DNA of 64,000 bases, taken from positions 502,097 to 566,096 of the forward strand of contig JAIFVX010000001.1 of NCBI GenBank assembly GCA_019659125.1. The letters run 5' to 3'. A program made the translations under genes and the position numbers. How positions within the stretch are numbered: position 1 is the stretch's first letter; each line of letters opens with the position of its first letter. A model generated the notes under the pieces. The model was given only the letters and a program-made list of their open reading frames with translations. It did not search any database and had not been told where the DNA came from. Below are positions 58,234 through 64,000 of this stretch, one piece after another. The stretch is from Candidatus Pacearchaeota archaeon (GTDB taxonomy: Archaea > Nanobdellota > Nanobdellia > Pacearchaeales > GW2011-AR1).

Positions 58234-59030
58234 TGGCTGAGAAAGAAACAAAGAATGAGCCAAAGACATTGATTGAAGCAGTACCTGAAGAAGTTGCAAA
58301 GCTCGAGCAGGATGCAGAAGTCGTTGAGATAGTTCCCGAATTGAGAATGAAAGAGCTTACAGCGGAAGAGAAACAGCGAGAGACTCAAAGAATGGTTGTC
58401 GACCGCTGGATTCCTAAGACTGCTCTTGGAAAACTTGTAAAGGCTGGAAAGTTCAAGAGCTTCGACGAGGTCCTTGCTTCTGGAAAGAAAATCCTTGAGC
58501 CTGAAATTGTTGACGCACTTCTTCGTGTCGAGACTGATCTTCTTTTAATTGGCCAGGCAAAGGGTAAGTTCGGTGGAGGAAAGAGAAGGGCCTGGAGGCA
58601 GACACAGAAGAAGACCAAAGAAGGAAATGTTGTTACGTTCTCATGTATGGCTGTTGTAGGAGATAGAAACGGCCATGTAGGTATTGGTACAGGAAGGGCC
58701 AAAGAAACACTTCCATCACGAGAGAAAGCATTTCGCCAGGCACGATTAAACATTATCAAGGTAGTTCGAGGTCATGAATCCAAAGAAGCCGGAAATACTG
58801 ATGTTCATACTGTTCCATTCGTTGTTCAAGGCAAGTGCGGAAGTGTACGAATGAAGCTGATTCCAGCTCCACGAGGAACCGGTCTTGTCGTCGGTGATGA
58901 GGCTAAGAAGATCCTGCGACTGGCAGGAATAAAGGATGTCTATGGGGTCACCACAGGACAGACAAGAACAACATTCAATGTCGCAAAAGCATGTATGGAG
59001 GCGCTGGCAAAGACCAGCATGATGAGATGA
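58233..59030 (+). CDS. rps5: 30S ribosomal protein uS5
   Basis: ..VVGDRNGHVGIGTGRAKE... and ..IPAPRGTGLV... Confidence 0.95.
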   Translation: MAEKETKNEPKTLIEAVPEEVAKLEQDAEVVEIVPELRMKELTAEEKQRETQRMVVDRWIPKTALGKLVKAGKFKSFDEVLASGKKILEPEIVDALLRVETDLLLIGQAKGKFGGGKRRAWRQTQKKTKEGNVVTFSCMAVVGDRNGHVGIGTGRAKETLPSREKAFRQARLNIIKVVRGHESKEAGNTDVHTVPFVVQGKCGSVRMKLIPAPRGTGLVVGDEAKKILRLAGIKDVYGVTTGQTRTTFNVAKACMEALAKTSMMR

Positions 59031-59437
59031 TAGTAGTCATACGAATATCAGGATTAGTTGAAGTTCCAAGCGATGTCCAGGAGACATTATTTAGAATGCG
59101 ATTGAGAAGAAAATATTCAGCAGTCCTTATCAATGACACTCCTGAGAATAAAAAGCTCTTGCAGAAAGTCAGGAACTTTGTTGCATTCGGAACTATAACA
59201 AAGGAGACACTTCACGATCTTATCGCCAAAAGAGCAGTCTCTCCTAAGAAGGTAAATGCTGCAGAGGTTGTAGAGCAGCTTGGAAAGAAGGATCTTGCCG
59301 ATCTAGGAATAAAGCCATTCTTCAGGTTGCATCCACCACGAGGCGGAATCAACTCAAAGGCGCACTTCCCTATCAAGAAAGGTGTTCTTGGAGACAATAA
59401 GGAATCAATCAATGCTCTCATACGGAGGATGCTATGA
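59027..59437 (+). CDS. rpl30: 50S ribosomal protein uL30 (start at ATG 59027)
   Basis: MIVVIRISGLVEVPSDVQETLFRMRLRRKYSAVL... ATGA overlap with rps5. Confidence 0.9.
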   Translation: MIVVIRISGLVEVPSDVQETLFRMRLRRKYSAVLINDTPENKKLLQKVRNFVAFGTITKETLHDLIAKRAVSPKKVNAAEVVEQLGKKDLADLGIKPFFRLHPPRGGINSKAHFPIKKGVLGDNKESINALIRRML

Positions 59438-59892
59438 GAATCAAAAGGCGAAGAAAGGCATCACGATATCGAGGAAGCCACACTCATGGCCGAGGATTCA
59501 AGAAGAAAGCACGAGGTTCCGGACATCAGGGAGGGAAAGGTATGGCTGGAACAGGAAAGAGGGGAGACGCAAAGAAGACACTGATCTTGAACTTATACGG
59601 AAATGATTATTTCAAGCGGGATAAGGCATTGCGAAGAGGAAGAGCAGTCCCCAAGCTTGAGGCTATCAATCTTGGATCAATTGCAAAGCAGTTGCATTCA
59701 TTCATCAAGCAGGGCAAGGCAAAAGAGTCAAAAGGGATGCATGAAGTCAACCTGAAAGGGTATAAGGTCCTTGGAGAGGGAGATATTCATCAGAAACTGC
59801 ATATTACTGCAGACGCTGCGTCAAAGTCTGCCATCGACAAAGTGAAAAAAGCCGGCGGCGAGATCATTCTCAAAAGCTCACCAGCTGGATAG
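59434..59892 (+). CDS. rpl15: 50S ribosomal protein uL15
   Basis: ..RYRGSHTHGRGFKKKARGSGHQGGKGMAG... Confidence 0.95.
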   Translation: MRIKRRRKASRYRGSHTHGRGFKKKARGSGHQGGKGMAGTGKRGDAKKTLILNLYGNDYFKRDKALRRGRAVPKLEAINLGSIAKQLHSFIKQGKAKESKGMHEVNLKGYKVLGEGDIHQKLHITADAASKSAIDKVKKAGGEIILKSSPAG

Positions 59893-59922
59893 CTTTAAAA
59901 AGGGATATCTATTGATTTTCCT

Positions 59923-60426
59923 ATGACATCAGTCGAGAGAGGTGGAATGACAAGAACCTCTCAAAGAAAAGTGTCTGGTCCTTATTCCATCACGAGCGTT
60001 ATTGAAGCATTGAATTCATACAAAAGTGCACCTGCCTCATCACGAGATATAGATGCCCTTTCGCTTCTTATCAAGTTGTCGGAGCGGCGTAACAATATTG
60101 ATGATGTCCTCCTTTATTCCGCGCATCGTGCAGCAGCGCTTGCATCTATGGCAACCTCTCCCCTTCCCGCTCGAGCCAGAAAAGAATATTTCAACGCAGC
60201 ACTTGAGAACTACTTCGATCTTGCAGTCACCGTGGAAACGCTAGCCGATATGTTATCTGAAAAGCCCACGTATTACAGGGACTTTGCAGTGCTCTGCTAT
60301 GAGAAGATGCTTCGTCTTCAGGACCAGACATTAGAATACAGGGGAAGAAATATTACTGAAAAATCACTTGATCGCCTAAGGTCTGCAGGCAAACGAACAT
60401 TTGCCAGAAAAACTGCGGCCGCATAG
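59923..60426 (+). CDS. Orphan ORF E (167 aa, helical) between L15 and SecY, with its own promoter
   Basis: gcTTTAAAAAggg lies about 25 nt upstream of the ATG. No family recognised. Confidence 0.55.
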   Translation: MTSVERGGMTRTSQRKVSGPYSITSVIEALNSYKSAPASSRDIDALSLLIKLSERRNNIDDVLLYSAHRAAALASMATSPLPARARKEYFNAALENYFDLAVTVETLADMLSEKPTYYRDFAVLCYEKMLRLQDQTLEYRGRNITEKSLDRLRSAGKRTFARKTAAA

Positions 60427-60466
60427 CTTCAACAATCTTTAAAAACTCGTTTTCTGTACAAGATAA

Positions 60467-61858
60467 ATGGCTCTGGACATACGACCGCTCGTCTATAATA
60501 TACCTGAAGTAAGAAAGCCTGCTGAGAAGAAGCTAAGCTTTAATGTAAAGCTGAAATGGACACTTATTATTCTTGGCGCATTCTTCGTCCTTGCAAACAT
60601 TCCATTATATGGATTAGCAAAGAACTCTCTTGACAGGTTTGAATACCTTGCGATCATTTTAGGAACTGACTTTGGAAGCGTCATTAGCCTTGGTATAGGT
60701 CCTATCGTCATGGCTTCCATTATCCTTCAATTGCTTGTTGGCTCAGGCATCATGAATATTGATACCAAGAGCGAGGAAGGGAAAAGATATTTCCAAGGGC
60801 TGCAAAAGATAGGAGTATTATTCTTTATCATCTTTGAAGCGATGGTCTATGTTCTCATGGGAGGACTGCAGGCAAATCCAGGATATACAGGTATTGTGAT
60901 CTTGCAACTGATTCTAGGAGGGATTGCTATCGTCTTAATGGACGAAGTGACGACCAAGTGGGGATTTGGTTCGGGAGTTTCATTATTTATCGTCGCAGGA
61001 GTCGCATGGAGATTATTTGCAGGACTCTTCCAGTTCCTCGGGCCAACGGGCGAGAATTGCCTTGCGGACTTTGGAGGGACACCCTGTGCAGGAAATGTAC
61101 TTATCATTATCCAATCGATCATCAATGGAGACCCTGCGCAAGCAACCGTTGCAATCGCGACAATCTTAGTGACAGTGCTTATCTTCGTCGCTGTTGTCTG
61201 GATGCAGAGCCTTAAGGTTGAGATTCCTCTTTCGTATGAAAAGCTTCGAGGATACGCCGTGAAGTGGCCGCTGCAGTTCTTCTATGCATCAAACCTTCCA
61301 GTCATCCTTACTGCAGCATTAGTGGCAAACCTTCAATTGTTTGGTGGGTTGCTCCAGACATGGCTTGGCCATCCGACAATCTTGGGAGAGTTTTCACAAG
61401 GCAGGCCTACATCAGGCTTTGCATACTGGCTTGGCAGTTCAAATCTCGTGCAGAATCTTATCAAGGGAAGCCTGCAATCATCTGAGGTCTTACAGGCAAT
61501 TACACATCTTATATTCTATATGGCACTCTCGGCGGTGTTTGCAGTATTTTGGGTGAAGACCTCAGGCATGGATGAATCCAGTCAGGCAAAAAATATTCTC
61601 GCATCGGGATTGCAGATTCCTGGATTTAGGAAGGATCAAAGAGTTCTTGAATCTATATTGAAGAGATACATCATGCCTCTAACTATCATGGGAGGTCTTG
61701 CCATCGGATTGCTTGCTTCACTTGCAGATACTCTTGGAGCATTGACATCAGGAACGGCAATCCTTCTTGCCGTCACGATCATGTATCAATTGTATCAGAA
61801 TATTGCACAGCAGCACGCGCTTGACATGCATCCCGCACTTCGGGGCATGGCAGGTTAA
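60467..61858 (+). CDS. secY: Preprotein translocase subunit SecY
   Basis: Ten-TM SecY pattern, ..RFEYLAIILGTDFGSVISLGIGPIVMASIILQLL... Own tcTTTAAAAAct box. Confidence 0.95.
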   Translation: MALDIRPLVYNIPEVRKPAEKKLSFNVKLKWTLIILGAFFVLANIPLYGLAKNSLDRFEYLAIILGTDFGSVISLGIGPIVMASIILQLLVGSGIMNIDTKSEEGKRYFQGLQKIGVLFFIIFEAMVYVLMGGLQANPGYTGIVILQLILGGIAIVLMDEVTTKWGFGSGVSLFIVAGVAWRLFAGLFQFLGPTGENCLADFGGTPCAGNVLIIIQSIINGDPAQATVAIATILVTVLIFVAVVWMQSLKVEIPLSYEKLRGYAVKWPLQFFYASNLPVILTAALVANLQLFGGLLQTWLGHPTILGEFSQGRPTSGFAYWLGSSNLVQNLIKGSLQSSEVLQAITHLIFYMALSAVFAVFWVKTSGMDESSQAKNILASGLQIPGFRKDQRVLESILKRYIMPLTIMGGLAIGLLASLADTLGALTSGTAILLAVTIMYQLYQNIAQQHALDMHPALRGMAG

Positions 61859-61889
61859 TGTTTAAAAACACGCTTTCGTACATTCTAGA

Positions 61890-62417
61890 ATGAATAAAGG
61901 GATGAGGATCATGCTTATTGTCTTGGGAATCAGCCTACTGGTAGGGCTCTTCTGGAACTCAGTCCCCCTCATCAAGCAGACCGCACATGCTGTCCTTGAT
62001 CCAACTGCTGGAAGGCTTCTTACTAATAATGTCACCGTCGGCCTTATCACCATCGCTGTACTGGTTATGTTCATCATTACGCTGCTCCAGAAATACACGA
62101 CTGATCAAAATGAGTTGCGGAAGATAAAGCAGGAGCAGAAGCTTCTGCAGGAAGAGATGAAGAAGTATAAAGATCATCCTGAAAAGCTCATGCAACTGCA
62201 GAAGAAAAGCCTTGAATTCCTTCCGAAGACCATGGACATCACCATGAAGCCCTCAATGTACACCGCGATCCCTATGATCCTCTTGTTCCGTTGGTTCAAT
62301 GATTACTTTACAGGAACGAGTGTAAAGGTATTTGGATTCATGTCCTGGTTTTGGGGATTTTTCATCCTCATGATTGTCATGTCCATCGTCTGGAGAAAAG
62401 TCCTCAAGGCAGCCTAG
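61890..62417 (+). CDS. DUF106/EMC3-type (archaeal YidC/Oxa1-like) membrane insertase
   Basis: TM1, an amphipathic coiled coil (QNELRKIKQEQKLLQEEMKKYK), then two TM helices. This is the canonical position downstream of secY in archaea. Confidence 0.7.
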   Translation: MNKGMRIMLIVLGISLLVGLFWNSVPLIKQTAHAVLDPTAGRLLTNNVTVGLITIAVLVMFIITLLQKYTTDQNELRKIKQEQKLLQEEMKKYKDHPEKLMQLQKKSLEFLPKTMDITMKPSMYTAIPMILLFRWFNDYFTGTSVKVFGFMSWFWGFFILMIVMSIVWRKVLKAA

Positions 62418-62734
62418 GGAGATTTATATGCTGGAATCTTGCAAAGTTTTGGAATATCATCAAGGTTGATTGTTTCAGTTTCTCTTCCATTGATGAATGT
62501 GACGCACGTATATCCGCTCAGCTGCTCAACACTACTGATCCCTATTATTTCTCGATACCGCATGAACCACCCCTCAAACGATTCGTAATATGCTTTTCCA
62601 TAGACATCAACTCTTCCTAATCGAGGAGAAGCACCTTCACTCATAGACATCCTTCCGCGCTTGATATCATTCTGTAGTTGCTCAATGATATCCTCTTCTT
62701 TTAAGTAATAGGGCAGTAATTTCATTACGAACAA
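62414..62734 (-). CDS. Hypothetical protein (106 aa)
   Basis: Clean ORF, convergent with the DUF106 gene with a 4-nt overlap. No family recognised. Confidence 0.4.
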   Translation of the reverse strand: MFVMKLLPYYLKEEDIIEQLQNDIKRGRMSMSEGASPRLGRVDVYGKAYYESFEGWFMRYREIIGISSVEQLSGYTCVTFINGRETETINLDDIPKLCKIPAYKSP

Positions 62735-62775
62735 AAAGTGAGACTGTTTATAAATTTATAGAGGATGAAATGCAA

Positions 62776-63501
62776 TTATTTAGCGTACTTCTTCAATTCG
62801 TCGCCATGTAATCGTACAAGCTTCTCATCGGCTTTCTTGATGTATCCTACATCAAACCTGCTAAGCTCGAAATTCTTTCCAAGGATATCCTTGAATATCT
62901 TCATGGCAAACTTTATGCCCTCTTCAATGGTCATCTCTTCGTCATAGTCCTTTCGAAGTATTTCCTTTATCTTCTCATCGTTCTCACCGATGGCGTTGGC
63001 CTTATATGCGAAATAGTTTCCAGTAACGTCGGATGTGTAAAGGTGCGAGTGTCCCTTGTTCACGCCTCCCAGAAGAATTGCGACTCCGAATGGTCGTGCC
63101 CCCCCATATTGGGTGAACATCTGCTTCTTGTCAGCGAGCAATCGGATAACTGCAATAGGGTCTACAGGAGAGTCATAGGTAACCCTGTTCTGCTGCGATA
63201 ATACCTGCGCCTGCTCAATGAGGATTCGAGCATCAGAAAGGATCCCAGCAGCAGTGGCTACAATATGATCATCAATCTCAAATATCTTGTTTGCAGATTC
63301 AGGAGCAATCAATTTATCTCTGATTCTTCGGTCAGCGATAATGACGACTCCATCTTTGGCAACAAGTCCAATGCTTGAGCTTCCAAGACGAACGGTCTTC
63401 TCTGCATACTCCACTTGAAGGAGATGTCCATCTGGGGAGAACATTGTTGCGGCGCGGTCATAGCCCATCGCCTGGTGTTGCATTTCTGTTGGTATGTCCA
63501 T
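62776..63501 (-). CDS. psmA: Proteasome subunit alpha (start at ATG 63501)
   Basis: ..GYDRAATMFSPDGHLLQVEYA... A gcTTAAATAg box lies about 27 nt upstream of ATG 63501. The track start 63516 is TTG. Confidence 0.9.
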   Translation of the reverse strand: MDIPTEMQHQAMGYDRAATMFSPDGHLLQVEYAEKTVRLGSSSIGLVAKDGVVIIADRRIRDKLIAPESANKIFEIDDHIVATAAGILSDARILIEQAQVLSQQNRVTYDSPVDPIAVIRLLADKKQMFTQYGGARPFGVAILLGGVNKGHSHLYTSDVTGNYFAYKANAIGENDEKIKEILRKDYDEEMTIEEGIKFAMKIFKDILGKNFELSRFDVGYIKKADEKLVRLHGDELKKYAK

Positions 63502-63592
63502 GGTAGAATTAAACAAACCTAGAAAGTCATCTATTTAAGCTTTACGAATGTCGCTTAAATAAGTTTATAAATGAACTTTACGCATTTTTCCT

Positions 63593-64000
63593 ATGGTGCA
63601 GTCTCAACTACATCCCGGCGTTCGCTGGCAATTTAGGATCAGATCGTATATAGTCTTGTTCATTCTTTCTGTTTTTACAGCAGCTGTTTTAATTCCTAAA
63701 CTGAGTGATTCATTTGACTTTACGTTTGAAATTACTCCTGGAAGTGGTCTTGTCACACTTGTTGTTTATATTGTAGCGATACTTTTGTTAGGCGACATAT
63801 ATGCACGTCTTGCATATAATAACTGGATGTATGAATTCACCGATGAAGGTCTTAGGGCTGAACGCGGAATCATTTGGAAGAGATATAGCAATGTTCCCTA
63901 TGAACGAATCCAAAATGTTGATATTCATCGAGGAATCATTGCACGGATGTTAGGATTTTCCAGCATCATGATACAGACTGCTGGCTACTCAGGTCAATTG
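63593..64000 (+). CDS. Membrane protein with a bacterial-type PH (bPH_2/YdbS-like) domain; 3' end lies outside the window
   Basis: Two TM helices, then ..YEFTDEGLRAERGIIWKRYSNVPYERIQNVDIHRGIIARMLGFSSIMIQTAG... The frame is open to nt 64000. A gTTTATAAAtg box lies upstream. Confidence 0.6.
   Translation, partial: MVQSQLHPGVRWQFRIRSYIVLFILSVFTAAVLIPKLSDSFDFTFEITPGSGLVTLVVYIVAILLLGDIYARLAYNNWMYEFTDEGLRAERGIIWKRYSNVPYERIQNVDIHRGIIARMLGFSSIMIQTAGYSGQL

Noticed and set aside
1-64000. A search for transposases, integrases, reverse transcriptases or DGRs, inteins and rRNA genes.
   Set aside because: No ORF with DDE, tyrosine- or serine-recombinase, RT (YxDD) or intein block motifs was seen. No rRNA-like conserved stretches were seen.

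Overview
This is a compact, almost fully coding archaeal chromosome segment. By hand-sampled counts the backbone is roughly 40-45% GC.

Core content:
- SRP (7S) RNA, Mre11-Rad50, proteasome beta and alpha subunits, aCPSF1/FttA, a presenilin-like GxGD protease, a TrmB regulator and a class-I CCA-adding enzyme.
- TrxB, a YbaK/ProX deacylase, a single-chain PriS primase and PCNA.
- The archaeal ribosomal-protein superoperon, running L3 to L15, then SecY and a DUF106/YidC-like insertase.

Nearly every transcription unit has a TTTAAATA/TTTATATA box about 22-28 nt upstream of its ATG, which implies leaderless mRNAs. This gene set, the many very large Cys-rich surface proteins, the type-IV-pilin-like genes and the missing classical neighbours (herA/nurA, Rpp29, adk) suggest a small-genome DPANN-type archaeon. 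That assignment is inference only.

No rRNA, tRNA, CRISPR array, transposase or integrase was seen.

Most unusual observation: four orphan ORFs of about 100 aa (48423, 49733, 50749, 55036) sit exactly in the L3|L4, L23|L2, L2|S19 and S4e|L5 junctions of the otherwise universal r-protein operon. Their start and stop codons overlap or abut the flanking genes. A fifth orphan, with its own promoter, lies between L15 and SecY. By eye, at least two of the inserts resemble a tandem three-gene paralogue array (38572-40158) wedged between the primase and PCNA genes. This hints at one lineage-specific family sitting next to the replication and translation core.

Other notable loci:
- A type-IV-pilus-like locus (16980-29744) with giant adhesins, a split FlaJ-like platform protein, and a GTPase/DUF2073/Zn-ribbon module fused to the adhesin operon.
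- A full-length ArmA/Rmt-type 16S rRNA m7G1405 methyltransferase homologue embedded in that pilus locus.
- A His-rich N-terminal extension on L22.
- A small defence-type islet (43205-47140): a DUF4258/DUF2283 pair, a Cas4-like nuclease, an AT-rich R-M cassette with a Zn-ribbon mini-gene, and a GNAT plus a small ORF.

All homology calls come from motif recognition by eye. No database search was run.
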